DNA from: Octopus vulgaris
Taxonomy: Eukaryota
Direction of reading: 5' to 3'
NCBI GenBank assembly: GCA_951406725.2
Contig: OX597834.1
Location: forward strand, 35,650,001-35,714,000
Length of the DNA: 64,000 nucleotides
The notes under the pieces are model-generated. The model saw only the letters and a program-made list of their open reading frames with translations. It did no database searches and was not told the DNA's origin. Of this stretch, positions 1-12,543 are shown one piece after another. Within the stretch, counting starts at the first letter, position 1; each line of letters opens with the position of its first letter. The position numbers and the translations under genes are program-made.

Positions 1-112
1 GTAACAGTTGTCCCTTCCAGTACAGGCCACATGACGTTAGCAAATAGCTTTTACTTTAAAGAGCTGTTACTGAATATCTCTCTTTGAGAGATTTAGAAAT
101 AATAATGTTATC

Positions 113-195
<83 letters not shown>

Positions 196-458
196 TGTGT
201 GCGTGTATGACTTTGTAAAGAAATAACTATGTAAAAATAGCCGGCTGTATTATCACTCTTCTAAATGTTTGTATACAAACATAAAGAAACATTTGTGTAC
301 ATAAATATATTGGGTACACCCACTCTTTTATAATTTTCTCTGAATTTCCTTCTTTCTATATATATAATTCTTATATACATGTGTACTTTACAAGTATGTA
401 TGTGTGTATGTATGTATGTATGTATGTATGTATGTATGTATGTATGTATGTATGTATG

Positions 459-555
<97 letters not shown>

Positions 556-557
<2 letters not shown>

Positions 558-745
558 CGATTTTTTTCTCCTCTGTCTTCCCTTCTCGGGATCTTTCCTT
601 CTCGTATGTTTCCGACGAAGACTCCGCTCGAAACGTTAAACCCTCCTTCTTCCCTTCTTTCCTGGGCGTCCAATAATACTTTATTTGTTCCACGTCCTCG
701 CGTTGCTGTGTTTTTTTTTGTGTTTTCTTGTTTGGATTAACTTTT
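556..745 (+). mobile_element. (TA)n-nested repeat family D1 with a minimal hammerhead-like motif (608-641); probable Penelope-like pLTR fragment
   Basis: Similar to 54586-54795 and 63460-63730 (reverse). Motif GTTT-CCGACGA-A-GA(G)C-TCC-GCTC-GAAA-CGTT-AAAC; this copy has lost one G in stem II. Confidence 0.65.
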
Positions 746-1078
746 TATATATATATATACGTTTACACACACATGCACACATAGCTTAAATGATAGATGA
801 ATAGATGGATAGGTAGGTAGGAAAGTAGGTAGGTAGGTAGACCGACATACCGATAGATAGATAGATAGACGCATGTATGTATGTATGTATGTATGTATTT
901 ATGGATAGATTGATGGATGGATAGGGAGAGGGAGGGGTAGAAGACGAAGCCGAAAGAATAAGTACAATGTTTGAAAAGAAGATGAGTATAAGAAGCGATT
1001 TTGGAAGAAGCGAGAGGCGAACGGTTGGAAGAGTTAAAAGTTAAAAGGGTATAAAAGACACATGAATAAGCACACTGT

Positions 1079-1119
<41 letters not shown>

Positions 1120-1186
1120 ATATAGCCAATTAGAGGGAGAGAGGGGGCGAAGTGAGAGAATGAGTGAGGGTGAAGCAGAGACAGAG

Positions 1187-1296
<110 letters not shown>

Positions 1297-1300
1297 GGCC

Positions 1301-1351
<51 letters not shown>

Positions 1352-1474
1352 GAAGATAGAGAATGAAAGTCTGAGTGACCGAGTGCAAGAGAGAACGTAG
1401 TTGTATAAAAGTGTATTAGAAAATCTTTGTAACATTAAGAACGTAGGAGATGCCCAGAAACGTACATGTTATGC

Positions 1475-1545
<71 letters not shown>

Positions 1546-1709
1546 CAATAACAAGCGTTTAATCATACGGAGAAGATAAAGGTTTTTGTGAAGAAACTGT
1601 CTGTGGAAATGCCTGGAGACATCGTGGTAGATGGGGGTGGGTGGGTGGATGGGTGGGTGGGGTGAGCGTGCAGCGAGCACCGAGTTTATATAGACAGATA
1701 GACAGATAA

Positions 1710-1756
<47 letters not shown>

Positions 1757-2081
1757 TACACAAACACACAGACACACACACAGACACATACACAGACACA
1801 TACATACACACAAACACACACACACACACACACACAAACACATACACGCGCGCATTCTCTCTGCTTCTCTCTTGATGTATGATGTAATTGTGCGTGTGTA
1901 TGTATGTATATATGTATGTGAATATATATATATGGATATATAAGAATATAAATACACACACACTCATATATATACACACATATATATATATACATATATA
2001 TACATATATATTTATACATATATATATATATATATATATACATATATATACATATATATACATATACATATATATATATAC

Positions 2082-2120
<39 letters not shown>

Positions 2121-2125
2121 CATAT

Positions 2126-2217
<92 letters not shown>

Positions 2218-2235
2218 CCCTAAATGCGACTAGGG

Positions 2236-2432
2236 TGTTAGGAAACACCTACATTACTAGAAATAATAGCTAAACCGCTCCAATGCTGTAGTTAAGGTAT
2301 GTGAATGAAAATATATACACTAACAGTGTATATACACTGACGTTTTAGTGTATATGTTTTCATTCGCGTGCCTTAACTACAGCATTGGAGCGGTTTAGCT
2401 ATTATTTCTAGCAATGTAGGTGTTTCCTAACA
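2236..2432. repeat. 88-bp-arm inverted repeat with a central 16-bp palindrome (foldback or MITE-like)
   Basis: Arms 2236-2323 and 2345-2432 have 5 mismatches, all transitions. The spacer contains CAGTGTATATACACTG. Confidence 0.9.
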
Positions 2433-2792
2433 TTTGTAATTCTTTTTTTCGTGAAACATTGCAAACTGCTATTTCTCTTAATTTTATATATGTATATTAT
2501 ATACACATATAAGAAGTTTGAAAACGCCACGATATAAGATAAATTTTAATTTTCTTAGAAATTTTACATGTTTCGATTCTTCTTGAAAAAAACGAACCTT
2601 ATCAAAAATATTTTTAAAAGTTAAGAGTAATAAAAAAGTTCATAATTGTTTCTTACTAGTCTCAACAGAATCCACGTGGTGGTTTCTTGTGGGGGAGAGC
2701 ATAATAGCTGTCTTGTGTGTTGACTAAAGTTGGAGAAATATACACATACATACATACATATATACATACATACATACATACACACACACAAT

Positions 2793-2823
<31 letters not shown>

Positions 2824-2838
2824 CATATATATACATAT

Positions 2839-2887
<49 letters not shown>

Positions 2888-3274
2888 CATATATACATAT
2901 ACACATATCACTATTCAAATAGGCAGACACGTATACGTATGCATATATAAAATGTAGTCCAGATTCAGTTGAATGGCGTAATTAAATTGAGGCATTTTGT
3001 TTGGACGAACTTATTTTGCGCTCTAAAACTTTATCAGGTGAGTGTCAAACTCGACGTAGAATTTCTCCCACCCGATATTCATGCAGTGTATGCAGATGGC
3101 ACGATCCAGCTTAGTGAATGAATCCACTCTTGTTTGTTCAGACATGTACTTTAATATAAAGATACTTTCCATAATACTTCAAATATAGAATGTTGCCTGG
3201 AGGCGAGCTGGCTGCTATTTCCAGGAAACCAAGTCAAGATCTATGCTCTCCCTCGTTAATTTCTTACTATTTGT

Positions 3275-3502
3275 AAGGGTGAGCTGGCAGAAACGTTAGC
3301 ACACCGGGCGAAATGCATAGTCGTATTCCGTCTGCCGTTACGTTCTGAGTTCAAATTCCGCCGAGGTCGACTTTGCCTTTTATCCTTTCGGGGTCGATAA
3401 ATTAAGTACCAGTTACGCACTGAGGTCGATGTAATCGACTTAATCCATTTGTCTGTTCTTGTTTGTCCTCTCTGTGTTTAGCCCCTTGTGGGCAATAAAA
3501 AA
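3275..3502 (+). mobile_element. SINE family A (tRNA-like head, tail type 1)
   Basis: A-box-like TGGCAGAAACG, B-box-like GAGTTCAAATTCC, conserved body GTCGACTTTGCCTTT.ATCCTTTCGGGGTCGATAAATTAAGTACC, A-rich end. More than 12 copies in the window. Confidence 0.85.
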
Positions 3503-3618
3503 CTATATATAAAGATACTTTCCATAATACTTCAAATATAAAATGTTGCCTGGAGGCGAGCTGGCTGCTCTTTCCAGCCAAGATCTATGCCCTCCCTCGT
3601 TAATTTCTTATTATTTGT

Positions 3619-3792
3619 AAGGGTGAGCTGGCAGAATCGTTGGCACGCAGGAACAAAATGTCTTACGGCGTTCCGTCTGCTGTACGTTCTGAGTTCAAAT
3701 TCCGCCGGGGTCGACTTTTCCTCTTATCTTTTTGAGTTCGATAAAGTACCAGTTGCGTACTGGGGGCGATGTAATCGACTAGCTCCCTCCCC
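3619..3792 (+). mobile_element. SINE family A, diverged, tail type 2
   Basis: Aligns with 3275-3440. Confidence 0.8.
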
Positions 3793-4108
3793 TCAGTCTA
3801 TCGCGTGTGGTGGGTGGATCTTCAAGTTGCCGCACGCATTCTTAGTAGCTTAGAGTAGGCTCGAATTAGAGATTATTCTTTGTGGCTAATGGCGTGAGTC
3901 CTGATTGGAAGAAGAGCAACAACACCCGAATTGGGGCAAGTATTCCTTGTAATTAGTAAAGTATTTGTACAACCTTTAGATTTTTGAAACCACAATTGTC
4001 TTTCTTGTTTGTTTGTTTTGTTTTTGTTTTTGTTTTACACGCCGTAGAAATAATATAACAGGAATTTTATTTTGCTGTCGTAATTGGTATTGTTGTTTTT
4101 CTTTTTAC

Positions 4109-4118
4109 CTCGGTTCCT
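4109..4118 (-). CDS. Possible 10-nt microexon (AGGAACCGAG)
   Basis: Minus strand reads tctgctgctttcgtttcgatttcgtcttttag|AGGAACCGAG|gtaaaa: pyrimidine tract with UGC motifs, acceptor and donor. Length is not a multiple of 3. Confidence 0.25.
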
Positions 4119-4174
4119 CTAAAAGACGAAATCGAAACGAAAGCAGCAGACATTTCAATGAAAATAAAAACTCC

Positions 4175-4251
<77 letters not shown>

Positions 4252-4779
4252 CAATAAATAAACGAATAAATAAATAAAAAGGCCTGCCTCCAACTTCTTT
4301 TAAAACAATACGACTCGGAGGCTGAAAGTTAATGGCGAAAGAGCGTCTTCAATGGTTAATTTATTACAAAACAATACGCCGCCCTCACCGCTGTAGACGC
4401 GTTTCTGGTTTTATTGTCGCTACTTTTGCAAGAATAATTTATTCGCTGATATTTTTGATGAAAGCTTGTCGCAATAAATCATTCATGAATCTTCAAAAGA
4501 TGTTTTTAGTGTTGTTTAAGGTTTCATACAAATTATTGGAAACCTATTGCAGCATTTTATTATTTAAAAAAGCCATTCTGGAAGTGTTGTTTTGTCAGTC
4601 TTTTTTTTTCTTTCGTTGTTGTTGTTGTTGTTGTTGTTGTTCCACCCTCCATTTTCAGTTAAGTTAAAAGAAAAAAAAAGAAGAAAACTGAACATGCAAA
4701 AAATCCTCCAAAGATAAACAAACAAGAGAGGGCGATGCAGACGTATATATGTACATACATACTTATATATGTGTGTGTC

Positions 4780-4943
<164 letters not shown>

Positions 4944-5003
4944 CATATGTATGGACGTCAGTATGTATGTATATATATATACATATGTATGGACGTCAGT
5001 ATG

Positions 5004-5041
<38 letters not shown>

Positions 5042-5105
5042 TATGTCTACATATATGTATATATACATCTACATACATATATGTATATATGATATATATG
5101 CTTAC

Positions 5106-5142
<37 letters not shown>

Positions 5143-5519
5143 GAGGCAGAGAGAGAGAGGGAGGCAGACAGACAGACAGATAGAGACAGAGGGCGGAAGG
5201 GAGAATTGGGTGAAAAATGCTACAAAACTTTCGTTGCATTTATTGTTTTATTGTTTTATGTTCTAATGGTTTTAATGTGCTGGAAACAACAAGAGATTTA
5301 CTTCCGTGTGTAAAGTTTAGATAAACACACCATTCATCGGGTTGGTTGGTTAGTTGTAAGTATATTGAGAGATATCTGAACATTAAAAAAAAAAAAATAA
5401 TTAAAATTGTGTCTGTCTAGTGAGGCCTCCTGGACAACTTAGTCACCTGATCTCTAGAAACAGACCATTTTATGCATGCTTATAAATATGTGTGTGTATA
5501 TACACACATTTATGTGGAT

Positions 5520-5888
5520 GTACCATGTCTCCGTTTTTTTTTCGTCCTTGTTTTCGTATACATACGCTCGCTTTCTTCCAAGGAGTCTAGTGCTCTTAGC
5601 TTAGATTTTCTTGGGGCCGGCCAGATTGGAGCAGTCTCGAGTGTAACCGGCCGAAACAGCAAAGACGATATGGAAATCGACTGAGGATAAGAAGCTTCGA
5701 ATGACCCATCCTTGTTTTTACCTGTCCTTTTTTGTATCGTCTACTTCTCTGGATGTTTTGTTGTCGCCCATTACGTTCTTATTCCAGGTAAAAAAAAGGA
5801 CAGGTAAAAACAAGGACGGGTCATTCGAAGCTTCCTATCCTCAGTCGATTTCCATATCGTCTTTGCAGTTTCGGCCGGTTACACTCGA
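5520..5888. mobile_element. pLTR-like fragment with a 97-bp inverted duplication
   Basis: Arms 5637-5733 and 5792-5888 are reverse complements with 3 mismatches. Sequence resembles the reverse complement of the 27.9-28.2 kb element. Confidence 0.6.
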
Positions 5889-6229
5889 ACATACAAGCAG
5901 TTTAACGTTAAGTAGAAATGTGATTGTTTTAGTACAGTTCAAATTTATCAATTCCATGAAGGAAAAATAGAAAAGGCTGAGCTTGGCAACGGTTTTTTTT
6001 GGGTTGGGGTTCCAGCCGTCCTCAATTCATGCAACTTCAATCACTACATAGTCTAATTTGAATATGATGTATTTTTTAAAATTCCAGTACTGATACGACT
6101 GAATGAAATCTAATCCCAAATCCTATCAAACCAGATTAAATCTATCCACCATCAGTTTATCTGAAACCGCATCCCATGAATACATATTTTCGTCCTATCC
6201 TTTTCCATCAAACTCTTTACTACAGAAAA

Positions 6230-6339
<110 letters not shown>

Positions 6340-6402
6340 GTCTTTCTGTCTATTAACACACACATATATGTGTGTATGCATATGTATATATATATATATA
6401 TA

Positions 6403-6441
<39 letters not shown>

Positions 6442-6966
6442 CAAAACCATTGTGCTGAAGTGCATAAAAGAATAGATTGCACAGACACATACTTGTACAT
6501 AATGGATTCCTAGACAAATGCAGGCGCAGGCCAGCCTGAGGCTGTTTTAGAAAACGCCCAAAATGCTTCTCAATGTCATCGAACACAGTACCAGAAACAC
6601 GTGGTTCCGTGGGCAAATCTCTTACCAAAACCGCACCCCCATACCCTAGTCAGTGTCTATTGAAGAAATCTAATTATTCTGTATGAGAAACATTAAAGGA
6701 GAAATCCACTTGTTTCTAGTCTTGGGAGTCGGTTTCTTTCTAAACAATTACACAAATTCCGTTTTGGAACTATTCTACCCAATATTTAGATATGAATCCA
6801 AGAATAAACGCAAGTTACACGTTCGCTCAGTGAATTATGACGTCAGCGTGGTCTACTTATTTTAAATATTAGATTAGGCCCGCCACGTTGAACAGCTTAT
6901 GAGATTAATCATTGTGAATATACATTTAACCTATATATATATATATATATGTATATGCATGTATGA

Positions 6967-7006
<40 letters not shown>

Positions 7007-7077
7007 TAATTATATATATATGAATTAATGCATATGTTAATAATAATAATCATATATATATTTTATATAAACGTATA

Positions 7078-7135
<58 letters not shown>

Positions 7136-7137
7136 CA

Positions 7138-7173
<36 letters not shown>

Positions 7174-7317
7174 TACAAAAAGAAGTGAGAGGTTATAAAT
7201 TTGTAGCTTTAGTTCTCTCGAGAAATATCGATTTGAGGGAGATTTAGTGGCCATTTCTAGTAAATTGAACGACCATACCTTCATCTATTTATCCACATGA
7301 ATAATGGTTTAACATTT

Positions 7318-7596
7318 TGCCACAAGAGCAGCAATTTTGGGGAAAGGGACGAGTTGATTATATCGAGCCCCAGTGTTTAACTGGTACTTATTTTATCGAC
7401 CCCGAAAGGATGGAAGGCAAAGTCGACCTCGGCAGAATTTGAACTCAGAACATAAAGATGGATGAAATGCCGCTAAGCATTTCGCCTGACGTGCTAACGA
7501 TTCTGCCAGCTTGTCCAAGGCGCCACACAGTGGTAATGAACCCTGAACCACGCTGTTGGGAAGCAAACTTCTTACCACACAGCCACAATCACGCCT
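7318..7596 (-). mobile_element. SINE A (7318-7513) abutting a SINE B head fragment (7511-7596)
   Basis: Reverse-complement similarity to the family A and B copies. Confidence 0.8.
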
Positions 7597-8204
7597 ACAT
7601 ATTTTATACCAGACTAGAAACACGTATGCCAATTGGTTGCCTTCTTTGCTGAGGCGGAGGAAGGCCATTATTCTGAATTACAGCCTGCATGACAAAAACT
7701 ATCTCATTCATACAAACTCTCTAAATTTCTCGATTAAGCATTTTAGATAATACTTCTTAGATGGGATGAAGATATGCATGTTACAATCATTCAACGGAAC
7801 GAATTGGTTAAAGATTATTTAATACACGAACCACCCACGTAAACTTTGATGTTTCATTTCTAATAATAGTGAACGCATATCTTATCTTCAGATAAGGCAA
7901 CAATTATTAATGCTTCTCATTATTATGGCGATGCTTTTCGCAGTGCTAGTTTTATAGAAAAAATACTATGTACAATGTGATCTAACGTCCTAATATATAA
8001 AAATAAATCAAGAAATACTCTCGTTTATATGCAAAACAAAGTTTTAAAATGTCTTAAACTGAATTTCTTTTAATGTTAATACATTTCTCGATGAATCAGA
8101 GATACTCTAAGGTTAGTTAATCTTGCTCAAAATGTTTTGCAAACTCATTCAACCATTTCAATTAAAACAAAACAAAAAAACCTTTCCAACACCAATAATA
8201 CATT

Positions 8205-8350
8205 ATCTACTTTCTGCAACCGTTTGCTTCAAACAGCAGCGCCCTCAACAGTATTTCCATTTCGAAAGCTTTTATTTCAAGTGCTGACGTACAACTACAA
8301 AATACTGTCTAAGACCTACATCGGAATTACTAGAAATACTTTCAAAACTT
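8205..8350 (+). mobile_element. Penelope-like GIY-YIG endonuclease remnant
   Basis: KTYIGITRNTFK preceded by a decayed CNx..(C)xLN segment, as in PLE endonuclease regions. Confidence 0.45.
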
Positions 8351-8984
8351 CTTTTTTATCAATGCCTTCATTTCAGTGCTTTCATTCACTTGTAGACAAG
8401 CTTCAATATAATTATTCGCTAATTATAATCCATACATATATACAGACGTTGTGTGTGTGTGTGTGTATATATATGTATGTATGGGTGTGTGCATATGTAC
8501 ATAAACTGGTACACACATACACACACACACGTACACATCCTTTACGGCATAACTCTTCGACTTCTAAGTGAAAAGTTTTTCAACCTAATATCCCATACGC
8601 TATTATTTATAGCTCTGTCTACTTCAAGTTCCTCCGTTAAAAACGAATTATTGCCCTTCTCCCGAAGCTCCCAAATTCCTATGACGTAAGCAGCATACAA
8701 CTCTCGGTCGTAAAGCAAAGCTTCTAAAGTGGTTCGAGCCATTCGAAGGACGGCTTTGAAGCAATGATAGAACGCCTGTCGTGTTTACAGATGATATATG
8801 GTCGTGTCCTTTTGGCAGCAATCGACTTTTCTCATCCAAATGTGTCTTTTTTTTTGTTTTAAACACAATACTCTTTCCGCTGTTATTTATAGCTTAATGT
8901 ACCTCTGGTTCCGCAGTTAAGAACGAATATATCTATGCACATGTGTATATATGTGTGTGTGGGTTTGTGCACACGAGTGTATGC

Positions 8985-9024
<40 letters not shown>

Positions 9025-9177
9025 ATGTATATGTATATATATATGTATATTTTTATATGTGTGCATATGTATGTATATATATATATGTGTGTGTGTGTAT
9101 ATATGTATGTGTGTATATATATATATGTATATTTGTATATGTGTGTATATGTGTATATATATATATGTATGTATATA

Positions 9178-9242
<65 letters not shown>

Positions 9243-9444
9243 CACGTAAAGGAGATTGATAAATCCAGGCACTCGGAGGTTAAGTGAACAATATGGATCG
9301 TTTTGTATTTGTTTCTCTATATCTAAAGATTAACACAATAAAATTCGACCCAATTGAAACAATTGTTGGTCTTGTATGATGTAATCTTCAAATAAAGATG
9401 CGGTAATCTCCATTCCTGTTGATGTTGTTAAATATTTATATAGT

Positions 9445-9815
9445 GTACGATAAAAATAAGATGATATTTTTTCGAACGCAGAGTTGCGTTTGAACCGTAG
9501 AAATACTGGCTTAATTACCCTTATAAGGCAGAAAAATTTCTCAACAACCAGCCATGGGACTCGAACACATATCCCTCATGGTTGTTATATAAATCTAAAG
9601 CACTGAGTGTCTAATTCGGCGGATGAATTTGTCAGCGAGCAGTTTAGCCTAATGGTAAATTATTCAACCGGAGTCCTTTGAGGGATATGGGTTCGAGCCC
9701 CATGGCTGTTTGTTAACAAATTTTCCCGCCTTGGGTGGGTAATTTTAAGCAGATTTTCTGCTGTTCGAACGGCAACTCTGCGTTCGGAAAAAAGATCACC
9801 TTATTTATATCTTAC
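9445..9815. repeat. Diverged inverted repeat with arms of about 135 bp carrying a pol III B-box-like motif
   Basis: 9445-9578 reverse-complements to 9679-9815 (roughly 80% by eye). The right arm has GGTTCGAGCCC preceded by A-box-like TAGCCTAATGG. Confidence 0.75.
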
Positions 9816-9899
9816 AATACACATTTCGATGCCTCTAATAAAACAAAAAGAAATATTTGTTTGGTTTACATTTATATATAAGTAATGCTAACAGCATGA

Positions 9900-9944
<45 letters not shown>

Positions 9945-10393
9945 CATACATTTATATATTGTTTAACGCTATGAGAATTTAGGAACTTTGAGAGAACGGG
10001 AAATAAGAAAATATATATATACGCAATATGCATTGCGTGATCTGTGGCCAACAAAAGCTGTTCATAGATTTTAGTGGTAAATGCCATTTTAAAAACACAA
10101 GGGAAGAAGAAAAGATAACATGTAAGATGGGGAGAGACTGTGTGAGTGTATAAGTGGGGGAAAAGGTTATAAAACAAAGGAAAATAACTGAATGTTAAGA
10201 TTAAAAGAAAATCAAAGAAAATGGGTCGTTTTTTTTTCTAAGAAAGTCCGGAAAGATCCAGAAGGTTCCATTAGGAGAAGAAACTGGAAATAAGAAGGAA
10301 AAATCCGGTGGTATTATCACACAAAGGACACCTAAAAGACTAGCCTATATCTAATGCGACGTTTTAAAGCTAGGAGAACAAAAAATGCCTCAC

Positions 10394-10447
10394 CTGTGAG
10401 GTATCCCTTATTTTCTGGTAAAATGATTGTGATATCTTGCCGATGCC
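10394..10447 (-). CDS. Candidate internal 54-nt exon (GIGKISQSFYQKIRDTSQ)
   Basis: About 55-nt polypyrimidine tract ending ccattatag|, 18 stop-free codons, donor CAG|GTGAGG. Phase 0/0, same strand as and compatible with the 36449 donor. Confidence 0.55.
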
Positions 10448-10931
10448 CTATAATGGAAATATCGAGTGAAAAAAGATGGAGAATGGAGAAAGGAAGAAGA
10501 AAGCTGAAAAGTGTGAAAACATTTATTGGGTTCCTTAAAGAAAGAAGAGAAGAAATACGGTTGAGCAAGCATAGAAGCAAAGAAACGAAAAGGAAAGGAA
10601 ACAAAGAGGAAAAAGTACAAAAATGAAAAAAAGATACATATGAGAAGGTGGAGAAATGAGTGACAATGAAGAAGGATTGTTTAAGTAGCTAAAGGGTGGA
10701 ATTTGAGTCTGGAGTGTCTGTGACATGCACACACAAATGCATCCTGCCACACGCATATATATATATAGATTCAGATGAATATGGTACTTAAGTCAAAGGC
10801 ACCAGAATTTTGTATGGTATTATCCATATAAATCAATGGGGTGATTATAATCAAAATAAGCAACAAACATATCCGAGGTAGAGTGGTACAATTGTTTCAT
10901 GCTACTTCATTTTATTAAACAATGCAAGTAT

Positions 10932-11022
<91 letters not shown>

Positions 11023-11034
11023 TGTATATATATA

Positions 11035-11413
11035 GGCGCAGGAGTGGCTGTGTGGTAAGTAGCTTGTTTACCAACCACATGATTCCGGGTTCAGTCTTGG
11101 GCAAGTGTCTTCTACTATAGCCTCAAGCCAACCAAAGCCTCGTGAGTGGATTTGGTAGACGGAAACTGAAAGAAGCCCTTCGTATATATGTATATATATA
11201 TATATGTATGCGTGTGTGTTTGTGTGTCTGTGTTTGTCCCCCTAGCATTGCTTGATAACCGATGCTGGTGTGTTTATGTCCACATCACTTAGCGGTTCGG
11301 CAAAAGAGCCCGATAGAATAAGTACTGGGGTTGAGTTGCTCGATTAAAGGCGGTGCTCCAGCATGGCCGCAGTCAAATGACTGAAACAAGTAAAAGAGTA
11401 AAAGAGTAAAAGA
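11035..11413 (+). mobile_element. SINE family B (tRNA-like head, CORE-like segment, internal TA/TG tract, (AGTAAAAG)n tail)
   Basis: A-box TGGCTGTGTGG, B-box-like GGTTCAGTC, CTTGGGCAAGTGTCTT. Two small internal deletions relative to 31976-32388. Confidence 0.88.
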
Positions 11414-11973
11414 GTGTGTGTGTGTGTGTGTATGTATGTATGAATGTATATACACACTTACATAAATATATTCTCATACGTAAAAATGTACACACAAACA
11501 CGCATATGTTCGTTGAATTTTACTCAGTAGAGTAACTTATTGTCGAGCTGCGATTCCTGTCTATAGTTAACCTGAGATTAGCGGGGATCATCGCTGATCG
11601 CGCAATTGCAAGCTGAATGCACAGTATAGTGTTTATAACAAATGTGATAGACTTGGACGTCGTATGAATTAGAACAAAATGGACAGGTATTAAACGGAGT
11701 AATGATGATTAAAATTATGTGTTTGAGAGAATAATTGGGAAAGAAAATAAAACAAAGCAACAAAGGAAAAGGAGAAAAAATTGATAAATATATAAAAGAC
11801 AATTGAATAATATAACAAAATGACATGTACATCCATGCTCCCATACACTTATACACACACTCATACACACCCATACATAGATACATTCATACACACACAT
11901 ACACACACATACACACATACATACATACACACATACATACACACACACACACACACATACATACATACATACA

Positions 11974-12004
<31 letters not shown>

Positions 12005-12155
12005 TCCCCCTATACACAGCGCATGAGCTTATTTAAGATGTAGGTAGAATGATAGATAGTCATTGATGTGTGTATGTGTGTGTATGTGTGTGTGCGTGTG
12101 TGTGTGTACATACATGCATGTGCATACACATATATATATATATACATATAAATAA

Positions 12156-12229
<74 letters not shown>

Positions 12230-12275
12230 TTTTCCACCTGCCTTCGTCTTTTGTCTATTTTCATAAAGCTTCCCG

Positions 12276-12331
<56 letters not shown>

Positions 12332-12419
12332 CTATATATATATGTTTTTCGGATTCAGTGGTTTATATATTCTGCATCCGGACGGAACGTCAGTCCCCGC
12401 TGGATTACTCGCTTTTACT

Positions 12420-12543
12420 AGCTGAGTGAATTGGAGTAATTTGGAATGAAGAATTTTGCTCAAGAACACAATGCATCAGTCGGTCCATGAACCGGAATTA
12501 TAATCTTACTATCATGAGTCCAACACCCAAAACACTAAGCCAC
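12420..12543 (-). mobile_element. Old tRNA-headed SINE fragment (family E)
   Basis: Minus strand: GTGGCTTAGTG A-box, then TGTGTTCTTGAGCAAAA resembling CORE/V-type central domains. Single copy in the window. Confidence 0.5.

Larger units (their letters stand above)
3154..3792 (+). repeat. Local tandem duplication of about 120 bp of flank plus SINE A (period about 350 bp)
   Basis: 3154-3292 closely matches 3507-3636. Confidence 0.85.

Noticed and set aside
3035-3043. Perfect plus-strand donor CAGGTGAGT
   Set aside because: No upstream acceptor or credible open frame; such 9-mers can occur by chance.
8542-8866. Non-repetitive short ORFs here and at 13025-13270, 25190-25380 and 60126-60569
   Set aside because: No recognisable domain and no consistent splice sites.
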